Below are positions 18,950-27,987 of a stretch of DNA of 64,000 nt, piece after piece. Position numbers and translations under genes: made by a program. Origin of the DNA: an uncultured delta proteobacterium (GTDB taxonomy: Bacteria; Desulfobacterota; Binatia; HRBIN30; BPIQ01). The notes beneath the pieces are model-generated. The model ran no database searches and was not told the origin of the DNA. It saw only the letters and a program-made list of their open reading frames with translations. The stretch spans positions 229,684 to 293,683 of the forward strand of contig CAVXGR010000005.1 in assembly GCA_963761335.1 (NCBI GenBank), in the 5' to 3' direction. The stretch's first letter is position 1. Every line of letters starts with the position of its first letter.

Positions 18950-19966
18950 ATGCCCATGTCCAGGCTTGCGGCGGTCCTCTTCGGACTCTTCCTCGGGCTG
19001 GCGCTGGCCGAGGTCGGCGATCGCCTGGTCACCAACGGGCAGCTGTCGCTGCCGCCGCAGTGGTGGGTGAATGACGCAGACCTGATCTTCCTGCACAACC
19101 CGGAGGTCTACCCCCAGACCTTCGTCTACGAGGGGCCGTCGCCGCTGCGCGCCGGCGAGGTGCGCATCGCCTGCCTGGGCGGCTCGACGACGGCGGGATA
19201 CAAGCTGCGCGGCGACCAGATGTGGCCGGCGGTCGCCGAGCGTGAGCTGCGCCAGAAGGGTGTCGACGCCCAGGTGCTCAACGCCGCCGTCGCCGGCTAC
19301 GGCAGTCGCCAGCTGCTGGTCCGCTACCGGCGGGATGTGGCACCGCTCTCGCCCTCATACGTGGTCATCTACGAGGGCTGGAACAAGACGGGTGCCCTGG
19401 TGGATCCGGCGGAGTTCGTTCCCTTCGGTATCGACCTGCCCGGCGAAGGCGTGGCGCGAGGCGCGCTGGTCGGGCTCGGCCGCCACGTTCTGTTGGTGCG
19501 CCACGCCATCGGCGCGGTGAACCGCATCGAAGAGCGCTTCAGCCGCGCCGACTGGAAGCCCGACCAGCATCACGACATCTGGGTCGCCGATATGCGCGCC
19601 CTGGTCCAGGAGATCATTGCCGACGGCCACACGCCGGTGTTCGTCATCTATCCGGCGCTCTACCACGCCGACATGACGCCGGAGGAGCTCGAGATCTACA
19701 AGCCGGAGATCGCCAACTGGAAGTACTACCGCCCCAAAATGCTCTGGGAGCTCGGGCGCAAGCACGACGCCATCCGCTCCCTGGCGGCGGAGAACCACTT
19801 CCCGGTGATCGACGTCGAGAAGCAGCTGAGCGGCTACCGCGGCGCGGCGCGCGCCCGCCTCTTCTTCGACGAGATGCACATGACCCGCGACGGCGAAGAG
19901 CTCGTCGGCAAGATCGTCGGCGACGGGCTGGCGGCGATGATCGAGGCGCGCCGGCGGGCCTCGTGA
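18950..19966 (+). CDS. SGNH/GDSL-type hydrolase family protein, secreted
   Basis: Signal peptide. CLGGSTTAGY (block I, Ser) and DEMHMT (D-x-x-H block V). Confidence 0.55.
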   Translation: MPMSRLAAVLFGLFLGLALAEVGDRLVTNGQLSLPPQWWVNDADLIFLHNPEVYPQTFVYEGPSPLRAGEVRIACLGGSTTAGYKLRGDQMWPAVAERELRQKGVDAQVLNAAVAGYGSRQLLVRYRRDVAPLSPSYVVIYEGWNKTGALVDPAEFVPFGIDLPGEGVARGALVGLGRHVLLVRHAIGAVNRIEERFSRADWKPDQHHDIWVADMRALVQEIIADGHTPVFVIYPALYHADMTPEELEIYKPEIANWKYYRPKMLWELGRKHDAIRSLAAENHFPVIDVEKQLSGYRGAARARLFFDEMHMTRDGEELVGKIVGDGLAAMIEARRRAS

Positions 19967-19970
19967 GCTC

Positions 19971-21326
19971 CTATCGACCCTCGAGCTGGCGCAGCTTCAG
20001 GTAGAGGAGCCCCATCACCAGGACGATCAGCGCCAGCGGAATCAGCAGGTTGCGGCGCCGGTTCCAGGCCTCCTGCAGAGTCGACTTGGCCGAGGCCTCG
20101 GTCTTCTCGGCCGTCTTGATCGCGGCATCGGCGGCCTTGACCACGACGTTGGGGTCGCCGAGGTGGGTGTCGGTGCGCACCTTGATCAGCGCCGGGCGTA
20201 CCTCCTCGTTCAGAGTGTACTGTTCGTCGCTGACCTCCATGCCCATCTGGCTCGCCTTGGTGAGCGTCGCCTCGGCATTGGTCACCACCGTCTGCAGCTG
20301 GTCGATCGCCTGGCGCATCTCCACGGCGCCCTTGTAGCCGTCGCTGCCGGGTTGGTGGCAGCGCCGGCACACGGCGCCTTCGTCGCCGCCGAGCATGAAA
20401 TCGCCGGTGTGGTGGATCTCGTGGTTGCTGTGGCAGGTGACGCACTGGGGCAAACCGAGGCGATCGAAGGCCGCCTTGTGCGGGCTCTTGAGGAAGTAGG
20501 TGGCGTTGTTGACGTGGCACTGGCCGCACACCTCGGCGATGGAGTTCACCCCCGGCGGGTAGGCGCCGTGGTTGCCGTGACAGTCGTTGCACGCCGGCGC
20601 CGAGAAGTCGCGCTGCACGAGGAGGGCCTCGGCGTGAACGCTCTTCTTCCACTTTTCCTCCTGATCGGTGGGGATCTTGTACTCCGCCATGTACTGCGGG
20701 TTGGAGTGGCAGTGACCGCAGGTGTCGGGAACGTTGGCCGGAAAGACCTTCGACTCGGCGCGGTCGGGAGGCAGGATGCCGTGCACGCCGTGGCAGCTCA
20801 CGCAGGTCGCCACCTTCTGGTCGCCGTTTTTCAAGCGCTGGCCGTGGACGCTCGTCCAGTACTGCGACAGCTGATCGGTCGGCAGCTTCGGGTCGAAGCG
20901 GCGCATGTAGGTCTCGTTCGCGTGACAGCGACCGCAGAACTCCGGGATCTGCTGGTGCTTGGGTGCGCCGCGAAAGCCCTTGGCCGGGTCCATGGCGCTG
21001 GGATCCATGACCGTCGGGTCGCCGCCGTGGCAGTCGGCGCAGGAGAGGCCCTTGTCGGCGTGGATGTCGTGCTCCATTCCCTTCACCGGGGCGCCCAGCT
21101 TGTCGGGTAGCACCTTGTGACACTCGATGCAGCTGTTCACCGCCGGCGTCGTTCCCGCCGCCTCGACCGCCGGCGCCGCCGTGGGTGTGGGCGTCGGCTG
21201 GGCCCGGGAGGTACGCGGCCCGAGGGCGACGATCACCGCGCAGCCGAGCGCAACGAGCAGGCAACGCGCCGAGACCGCGGCGAAGCCGTGCCGCGGCGCG
21301 CGCTCAGTAGGGCTTGAGATACGCAA
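19971..21326 (-). CDS. nine-haem c-type cytochrome, membrane-anchored (C-terminal TM helix)
   Basis: Nine CxxCH motifs (CIECH, CADCH, CGRCH, CVSCH, CGHCH, CNDCH, CGQCH, CVTCH, CRRCH). N-terminal signal peptide. C-terminal hydrophobic helix LLIPLALIVLVMGLLYL. Confidence 0.8.
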   Translation of the reverse strand: MRISSPTERAPRHGFAAVSARCLLVALGCAVIVALGPRTSRAQPTPTPTAAPAVEAAGTTPAVNSCIECHKVLPDKLGAPVKGMEHDIHADKGLSCADCHGGDPTVMDPSAMDPAKGFRGAPKHQQIPEFCGRCHANETYMRRFDPKLPTDQLSQYWTSVHGQRLKNGDQKVATCVSCHGVHGILPPDRAESKVFPANVPDTCGHCHSNPQYMAEYKIPTDQEEKWKKSVHAEALLVQRDFSAPACNDCHGNHGAYPPGVNSIAEVCGQCHVNNATYFLKSPHKAAFDRLGLPQCVTCHSNHEIHHTGDFMLGGDEGAVCRRCHQPGSDGYKGAVEMRQAIDQLQTVVTNAEATLTKASQMGMEVSDEQYTLNEEVRPALIKVRTDTHLGDPNVVVKAADAAIKTAEKTEASAKSTLQEAWNRRRNLLIPLALIVLVMGLLYLKLRQLEGR

Positions 21327-22413
21327 GCGACACCATGGTGATGATGAAGACGATGATCAGCACCCCGATCAGCGTGAACACCGGGCTCCGGCGGTCGCGC
21401 GCCGCGTTGCGATCGAGGAACGGGACCAGAAAGAGGAAGAGGCCGCCCAGGCCGAAGCCACAGATGCCGACGATGTCGCCGTCGATGCCGAGAATCTTGC
21501 CGGGCAGATATTTCAAGCTCTGGGACATGAACGTGAAGTACCACTCCGGGTGGATGCCGGCCGGCGCCGAGGCAAACGGGTCCGCCTTGGCGCCGAGCTC
21601 CCAGGGCAGGAAGGTGCAGAGCACGATCAGGACGCCGAGCACACCGAGCCAGAGGATGGCGTCGCGAAGCATGAACCCGGGGTAGAACGGCATCCCCTCG
21701 ACCTTCTTCCCCTTCGACGAGATCGACTCGCTCATCCCCTGGCGCTGGATGAAGAGGAGATGCAGCCCCAGAACGGCGGTGAAGGCGGCGGGCAGCATGG
21801 CGACGTGGATACCGAAGAACCGCGTCAGGGTGGCGCCGCTGACGCTCTCGCCGCCGCGCAGGAGGTCGGCGATGGCGGGACCCACGACCGGCACGAGACC
21901 GGCGATGTCGGTCCCGACTTTGGTGGCGAAGAACGCCAGCGTGTTCCAGGGCAGCAGGTAGCCGGAGAAGCCGAAGGTCATGGTCAGCAGCAGCAGCACC
22001 ATCCCGGTCATCCAGGTGAGCTCCCGCGGCGGGCGGTAGGCCTTCAGGAAGTAGACGCTGAACATGTGCACGAAGACGGTGAACACCATCAGGTTCGCCG
22101 ACCACGAGTGCAGCGAGCGGATCAGCCAGCCGAACGGAACCTGGGTGACGATGAACTGAACGCTCTCGTACGAGCTGTCGGCGCCGGGCTTGTAATAGAA
22201 GAGCAGCAGCAGGCCGGTGGCGACCTGAATGCCGAAGAGAAAGAGGGAGACGCCGCCGAAGTAGTACCAGGTGGAGCTGACGCGGCCTTCCATGGGGACG
22301 GTCTTGTGACGCAGGAACTCGATCGCCCCACTGATGCCGAGACGCTCGTCGAACCAGCGAGCGACCCCAGACCGAGACGGGCTAGGCGCGCCGGGAGACG
22401 ACGACATCCTCAC
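21304..22413 (-). CDS. cytochrome b subunit of a cytochrome bc-type complex
   Basis: Typical cytochrome b helices with haem-ligand His residues (WSANLMVFTVFVHMFSVYF ..) and PEWYF in the C-terminal part. Confidence 0.85.
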   Translation of the reverse strand: MRMSSSPGAPSPSRSGVARWFDERLGISGAIEFLRHKTVPMEGRVSSTWYYFGGVSLFLFGIQVATGLLLLFYYKPGADSSYESVQFIVTQVPFGWLIRSLHSWSANLMVFTVFVHMFSVYFLKAYRPPRELTWMTGMVLLLLTMTFGFSGYLLPWNTLAFFATKVGTDIAGLVPVVGPAIADLLRGGESVSGATLTRFFGIHVAMLPAAFTAVLGLHLLFIQRQGMSESISSKGKKVEGMPFYPGFMLRDAILWLGVLGVLIVLCTFLPWELGAKADPFASAPAGIHPEWYFTFMSQSLKYLPGKILGIDGDIVGICGFGLGGLFLFLVPFLDRNAARDRRSPVFTLIGVLIIVFIITMVSLAYLKPY

Positions 22414-22834
22414 CTCTCACGTTCACGTCGAACGACTCGAGGGGCGTCGGCGGTGGGCCGCCGACATTCTTCCCGGCGAGATTGTAGCGTCCGTTGTGGC
22501 ACGGGCACCAGATCAGCTCGAGGTCGCTGCGGAACTGCACCGTGCAACCGAGGTGCGTGCAGACGGCGGTGAAGGCCCGAAACTGCCCCGACGGCAGGCG
22601 GATGAGAATCCCGGGCTTCGAGCCGAAGCGGAAGATCAGCCCTGAGTTCGGCTTGACCTGATCGGCCTTCGCCGCCACGACACTGCTCGCCGAGGTCTCC
22701 TGAACCTTCGGCGTCGTGAGATAGCGGGTCACCGGGTAGAGCACGGCACCGAGAAAGGCGAGAAGGCCGCCGGACAGGAAGACGTCGAGCAGGCGGCGGC
22801 GGCTCACCTCGTTGTCTGCCGTGTCGGCGCCCAT
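22382..22834 (-). CDS. Rieske [2Fe-2S] iron-sulfur subunit
   Basis: Box I CTHLGC and box II CPCHNG. N-terminal TM anchor. Confidence 0.8.
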   Translation of the reverse strand: MGADTADNEVSRRRLLDVFLSGGLLAFLGAVLYPVTRYLTTPKVQETSASSVVAAKADQVKPNSGLIFRFGSKPGILIRLPSGQFRAFTAVCTHLGCTVQFRSDLELIWCPCHNGRYNLAGKNVGGPPPTPLESFDVNVRGEDVVVSRRA

Positions 22835-23039
22835 CCAGCTTTGTCTGCCAGCGAACAGCTGTTGCGTCAAGGTGGAAAGTCGCGGAATGTCCAGACTTGT
22901 CGCGACCACACAGGGCGTGCCCTGGGCAGAGCATTTGACTCGACTCGCCGCCTGCTCGATGGTTTGCTCCCATGGAAGACCGTCTGGAGCTTCGGCGAGC
23001 GACCGCTGCGGACCTCGAAACCTCTGGCTAGGTTCATGT

Positions 23040-23260
23040 GCCCCCCGGCGCTCCGTGATCGTAGCCGGGGGTTTCAACCCCCGGCGGGCGGGAACGATGT
23101 CCCTCCGCACCAAAGAAGCGGCGCGGCAGTGCACGAGGAAAGCGGCGAGACGCCGCTTCTACTTGGCTCACTTGCCGTTGGAAAGCATTCGCCGCCGCTC
23201 AGGCGGCGGCCAGTCGCCGAACGAGTCGCGATGGTCGCCGCGAGGTCCAGCGGCGCCGTA
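23040..23260. repeat. intergenic repeat patch: a CCGGGGGTTTCAACCCCCGG palindrome plus a partial family-A repeat
   Basis: Shares GAAGCGGCGAGACGCCGCTTCTAC with 9130-9185 and 12700-12755. Confidence 0.5.
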
Positions 23261-23309
23261 TGCATCGGTTCTTCCGGGGACGCCGCCGCTGTTGTATGGT
23301 CGCCGCACC

Positions 23310-24020
23310 ATGCGCATCTCGGGGCTCTTCGAGGACATCACCGCCCCCTACGGCGCCGTCCAGGCGTGGACCTACGATCGCATCATCGCGCCTGCGGTCA
23401 CGGAGCTTCTCGAAGGGAATCTCGGCGAGATCATCGACGAGATTCCCGAAGGCGCCCAGATGCTCGACGTCGGCTGCGGCGGCGGTCAGGCCCTCGAGCT
23501 GCTTGCCGGGCGGCGGCCCGACCTCCGCCTCCACGGCGTCGACCTGTCGCCGGGTCAGGTGGCGCGGGCGCGCGCTCGACTCCGCAATCGCGCCACCATC
23601 GTCGAGGGCAGTGCTCTCGCGCTCCCCTACGCCAGCGACCGCTTCGACTTCGTCTTCAGCGACGCCTCGATCAAACATTGGACCGATCCCGCCCGAGGGC
23701 TTCGCGAGTGCGTCCGCGTGCTCCGCCCCGGCGGCCACCTGGTCGTCACCGAAGCCGACCGCGGCTGCCGTCTCGAGGACGCCGCCGCCTTCGTCCGCAA
23801 GTGGTGGCTGCCGCGGGCCGTGTCGCCGCTCACTCTGGCGTTCTTCCGCACCTGGGTCGCCGGCCGGGCTTTCGATCTCGCCGAGCTCGAAGCTTTTGCC
23901 GCGGCGCTGCCGCTCGACGAGTGGCGGGTGTGGCGAATCGAGGGCACGCCCGGAATTGCGCTCGAGGGCGTCAAGCACCCGAAGCCGCAGTCGGGCAAAC
24001 GCCGGAAGAAAAGTGACTGA
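23310..24020 (+). CDS. class I SAM-dependent methyltransferase (small-molecule type)
   Basis: Motif I LDVGCGGGQALELL. Post-I acidic residue in HGVDLSP. Confidence 0.75.
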   Translation: MRISGLFEDITAPYGAVQAWTYDRIIAPAVTELLEGNLGEIIDEIPEGAQMLDVGCGGGQALELLAGRRPDLRLHGVDLSPGQVARARARLRNRATIVEGSALALPYASDRFDFVFSDASIKHWTDPARGLRECVRVLRPGGHLVVTEADRGCRLEDAAAFVRKWWLPRAVSPLTLAFFRTWVAGRAFDLAELEAFAAALPLDEWRVWRIEGTPGIALEGVKHPKPQSGKRRKKSD

Positions 24021-24432
24021 GAAACGATCGCCTCGAGGAGCGGCAAGCGAATCACCACCGGCAAGCAGTGAGGCAAGCAGGTAGGATTTGAGCGGGCGCC
24101 GGGCATCCAGCTAACCGCGGTAGGTACGCCCGGTGCGGCGATAGCTCGCGGCCGAGCGGATTCGGGCGGCCATCCGAGTGCCTCCGCCGCGAACTCGTCG
24201 CCGCTCAAGACGCGCAGCCCATAGGGCCGCAGCGAGGGGTTGATGAGTGCGCTTGATCTCCTGGTGCTCGCCGAACGGGCAGCAGCCAGTGGACCGCACC
24301 TCACCCGCGTGGCGGCGCGCCTGCCGCCGAAGCCGGCAATCTGGTTGCGCTCGGTGCTACGCGAGCACCTCTGTCGCGGTGGGAACCTTCGCGGAGGTGT
24401 GCTACAGCGCCTTCACGTGGGAGGTGGATGGG

Positions 24433-25452
24433 ATGGGAAAGGCGAGATGCGCTGTCTGCTCCACGGGTAAAGCCCGCCGTCTGTGTGATTTGAACGGCCA
24501 CTCTCGCATATGCGCGCCCTGTTGCGCCCGGATGCGAGGCCCTCAATGCGAGGGCTGCATCTACTGGGAGCAGGCGCGCAGCTATTCGCGGAGCCGCGAG
24601 CAGCGGCCGCCATTGGAGCTGATCATGATTCCGCGCGACGTGAGCGATCAGGTGGATGGCGCCATGGAGCTCGCGAGCCGCGCGCAGCTCGATGAGGCCG
24701 AGGGCATTGCGCTGCCGCTTCTGGAGGAATACGGCGATCTGGATGTTGTACAGCACGCGGTTGGTGTGATCCGCGCATTGCAGGGCCGCACCGACGAAGC
24801 CCTCGAGCATTTCGGCTGCGCCATCGCGATCTGTCCGGATTTCACCGAGGCGTGGTTCAACAAGGCGTGCGCGCATCGAGAGCGGCTCGAGATCGGGCCG
24901 ATGATCCGCTGCTTTCAGACGGTGGTCGAGATCGGCGATCCGGATGAGAGCCACGTTCGAGAGGCGGCCGAGGAGATTCGCCGCCTGGAAGAGGTGATCC
25001 GCGACAGCGACGGCCTGTCGCTCGACCGCTATTTGCACCTCATGGACGTCTTCAACGGGGCGTCTACCGAGATGGCGCGGGGGAAATGGGAGCGCGCCAT
25101 TGCGGGGTTTCAGAAGGTGCTCGCCGAGAACCCGCGCCACGTCCAGTCGCACGGCAACATTGGCCTCTGCTGCGCCTTTCTCGGTCGACGCCAGGAAGCG
25201 CTCGCATCTCTCGACGCGGCCCTCGCCCTCGAGCCCGGCTATGAGCTTGCACAGACCAAACGCGCCGCCGTTCTGAGGTTAGGTGGGGGCGAGGCGCTGC
25301 CGCCGCGTTTCCGCCAGTGTGACTACTACGTCGAGAAGCACAATCTGCCGCCGGCAAGCCCGGAGCTCCGAGCCGGAGCCAGCCGTTCTGCTGGTCGGCT
25401 GAGCCGAGCTCCAGCAGGACGGTCGCCCGGCCGGCCATCGGCGGGGCGGTAG
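24433..25452 (+). CDS. TPR-repeat protein with N-terminal Cys-rich zinc-finger-like module
   Basis: N-terminus CAVC-x8-C-x8-CAPCC-x7-CEGC. TPR-like helical repeats downstream. Confidence 0.45.
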   Translation: MGKARCAVCSTGKARRLCDLNGHSRICAPCCARMRGPQCEGCIYWEQARSYSRSREQRPPLELIMIPRDVSDQVDGAMELASRAQLDEAEGIALPLLEEYGDLDVVQHAVGVIRALQGRTDEALEHFGCAIAICPDFTEAWFNKACAHRERLEIGPMIRCFQTVVEIGDPDESHVREAAEEIRRLEEVIRDSDGLSLDRYLHLMDVFNGASTEMARGKWERAIAGFQKVLAENPRHVQSHGNIGLCCAFLGRRQEALASLDAALALEPGYELAQTKRAAVLRLGGGEALPPRFRQCDYYVEKHNLPPASPELRAGASRSAGRLSRAPAGRSPGRPSAGR

Positions 25453-25491
25453 CTGCGCGTCATGTCTCCATGAACCGCAGTTCCGCCAGGG

Positions 25492-26109
25492 CTATCGACG
25501 CTTGCGCCGAGATGGCGAGTGCGGGCGGGCGACGGCATCGATCTCCTGCCACAAGGAGTCGAGGTCGAGCACGAGCCCCGGACATCCGGGCACACGGGCG
25601 CGCCCTTCGCCCGCGGAGAGAGCGAGCACATAGCTTCGCGAAGCGGCGAGCTCGAAGATCTCCAGGCTGCGGAGCTGGGGATCGACGATCCAGTAGTAGC
25701 GGATGCGCGCCGACGCATAGTCGCGGAGCTTGTCGAGGCGGTCCCTGCGGGTGTCGCGCGGCCTCGGCGAGGTGACCTCGACGACCAGGTGCGGGGTCAC
25801 GCGAATGAGTGCATCGTCGAGATCGGGAAGGTGCCCTCGCAGGTAGACTGAAAGGTCCGGCTTGCGGCCCCGCCGCGGACCGACGGCGATCTTCGTCTCC
25901 GAGCCCGCCACCTGAGCGCCGCGGCGGCGCGCCCACCGGCGCAGCTCCGCGATCAGCCAGGCGACGACGATCTCGTGCAAGAAGCTCGGCATCTCCTCCT
26001 CCTTGAGGACGCCATCGACGAGCTCTCCCTCGATATCCTCGTCGAGCCGTGCCCACTCCGCGAGCGTGAGGGGCCTCTCCTGTGCGACATCCGCCGCGCT
26101 GCGCGACAT
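25492..26109 (-). CDS. Uma2-family (DUF820) putative endonuclease
   Basis: Matches the Uma2 / restriction-endonuclease-like fold pattern (..LVVEVTSP..YWIVDP..). Confidence 0.65.
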   Translation of the reverse strand: MSRSAADVAQERPLTLAEWARLDEDIEGELVDGVLKEEEMPSFLHEIVVAWLIAELRRWARRRGAQVAGSETKIAVGPRRGRKPDLSVYLRGHLPDLDDALIRVTPHLVVEVTSPRPRDTRRDRLDKLRDYASARIRYYWIVDPQLRSLEIFELAASRSYVLALSAGEGRARVPGCPGLVLDLDSLWQEIDAVARPHSPSRRKRR

Positions 26110-26262
26110 GCGGCGAACACTACCACGGTGAGCTCTCGGGATGAAGGACCGGGCACCGCGATCTCCATGGGCAAGCCCAGCCGCCACGTCTCGGGACGCA
26201 GCCGCACCCAGGAGCTACCTTGGCCATGCCGGGTTGTGCGGCCCGCCGCCGCACCGCCGATG

Positions 26263-26930
26263 TCAGGGACGTCGTTCGGCGACAACGATCTCGGAGGGCA
26301 CACCGTAGGGAGCCACGCGATTGACGTGCAGCACCTGCCATTGTGTCTCGTCCAGGAGCTGCCGCAGCTCCAGCGGCCGGCAACCGCCGACGAGGGATGG
26401 TCGTATGCGGTGGATCGTCGTCCAGACGGCAATCACGAAGCGGCTCGGCAGGCTCGTCCCGAACGTGAGGCTCGTCAGGCACAGCCGCCCGCCGGGTCGA
26501 GAATGCGGCGGGCGTCGGACAGGGTCGCGGCGATGTCTTCCTTCGACAGGAGGTCGAGGACGTAGGTCGAGAGGAAGCGGTCGCAGCTTCCATCGGCAGT
26601 GGGCAACGGCAGCGTGCCCGCGGCCTGGCGCACCTCGGCGCGCTCGCCGAAGCGCTGCAGGCGCCGTTGGGCCAGGCCGACCATGGTCGAGCTGACGTCC
26701 ACGCCGAGGTAGTGCGCCTGCGGCGGAAGATGACTCTGGAGAAGCATCTCGGCGACCCGTCCGGTGCCGCATCCGAGCTCGAACACGCTTCGCGCCTCTT
26801 CGAAAGCGGCATGGGCGATCAGATCGCGCAGCGCCGGCTCCTCGTAGAACGCCTGGCTGTCCTGCTTTGCCCCGAAACCGTCGTAGAAGGCGCGGGCTTC
26901 GTCGTGGCTGAGGGTTTTCAGTTCGTCCAT
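26263..26930 (-). pseudogene. class I SAM-dependent methyltransferase interrupted by an apparent +1 frameshift near 26480-26500
   Basis: The N-terminal part (ELGCGTGR motif I) terminates ..ILDPAGGCA*. The adjacent frame continues PGGRLCLTSLTFG.. to 26263, which fits the methyltransferase C-terminus. Confidence 0.45.
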
Positions 26931-26981
26931 CTGCAGGCCCTCCCGTCGAACGTGTGATTCCGATCGTATGCGCGCTCAGAT

Positions 26982-27941
26982 TCAAGCGGCGCTACGGGCT
27001 CCGTCGAGACAGCGATGCACCTCGACGGTGACGTGCGCCAGATCGCGGTGGCTCGCCAGGAGCTGCTTGTAGTGCGCCGGCTCACGCGGGTGCTGCGTGA
27101 CCACCGAGATGATTGCCGCCAGGTGCTGCGGGCCGACGCGCCACAGGTGCAGATCGGCCATCCGGTTGTCTGCATCCGCCTCGATTGCCTTCCTGATCGA
27201 CTCGTGGCGCTCCTCACCGGCCTCGGCATCGAGCAGCACGCGGCTGGTGTCGCGCAAGAGCCCCCAGGACCAACGAGCAATCACCACCGAGCCGATCAGA
27301 CCGGTCATCGAGTCCATCCATGTCCAGCCGAAGTACTTGCCCGCCGTCAGGGCGCCGATGGCCAGCACCGAGGTCAGCGCGTCCGCCAGCACGTGGAGGT
27401 AGGCACCGCGCAGGTTGTGATCGTGGTGGTGGTGATCTTCGCCGACAGTGGAGAGCGCGTGATCCTCGCGCAGCAGAACGGCACAGACGATGTTGACGAG
27501 AAGCCCGACCCAGGCGACCGCGATCGCCTCGTTGAAGCGGATCGGGGACGGGGTGGCGAGCCGCTCGACGCTCTCGCCGCAGACCAGGATGGCGACCACC
27601 GCCAGGCCGACGGCGCTGGCGAAGCCGCCGAGCGCCGCTACCTTTCCGGTGCCGAAGCTGTAGCGGGGATCGTCCGCGTGGCGCCTGGCGTAGGCATAGG
27701 CGAAGGCGGCGACGCCCAGGGCGGCGGCGTGCGTCGCCATGTGCCAGCCGTCCGCGAGGAGTGCCATCGAGCCAAACGCCAGGCCGGCGACGATCTCGAC
27801 CACCATCATGGTTGCGGTCAGGCCGATGACCCATCGGGTGCGCTGCTCGCCCCGCGTCTTGATGCCGGTTCCGAACGAATGGCGGTGCCGCCAGGGCTCC
27901 GTGGATTCGAGGTGCATGCTTTCCTTCCTTACTTTGCTCAT
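26982..27941 (-). CDS. cation diffusion facilitator (CDF) family metal transporter
   Basis: Six-TM CDF architecture, His-rich loop HHHHDH and a C-terminal cytoplasmic domain. Confidence 0.8.
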   Translation of the reverse strand: MSKVRKESMHLESTEPWRHRHSFGTGIKTRGEQRTRWVIGLTATMMVVEIVAGLAFGSMALLADGWHMATHAAALGVAAFAYAYARRHADDPRYSFGTGKVAALGGFASAVGLAVVAILVCGESVERLATPSPIRFNEAIAVAWVGLLVNIVCAVLLREDHALSTVGEDHHHHDHNLRGAYLHVLADALTSVLAIGALTAGKYFGWTWMDSMTGLIGSVVIARWSWGLLRDTSRVLLDAEAGEERHESIRKAIEADADNRMADLHLWRVGPQHLAAIISVVTQHPREPAHYKQLLASHRDLAHVTVEVHRCLDGARSAA

Positions 27942-27987
27942 ATCGCCCCGAGCCGCAGCCCTCAAGGTCGACACGGGGCACTTGCCG

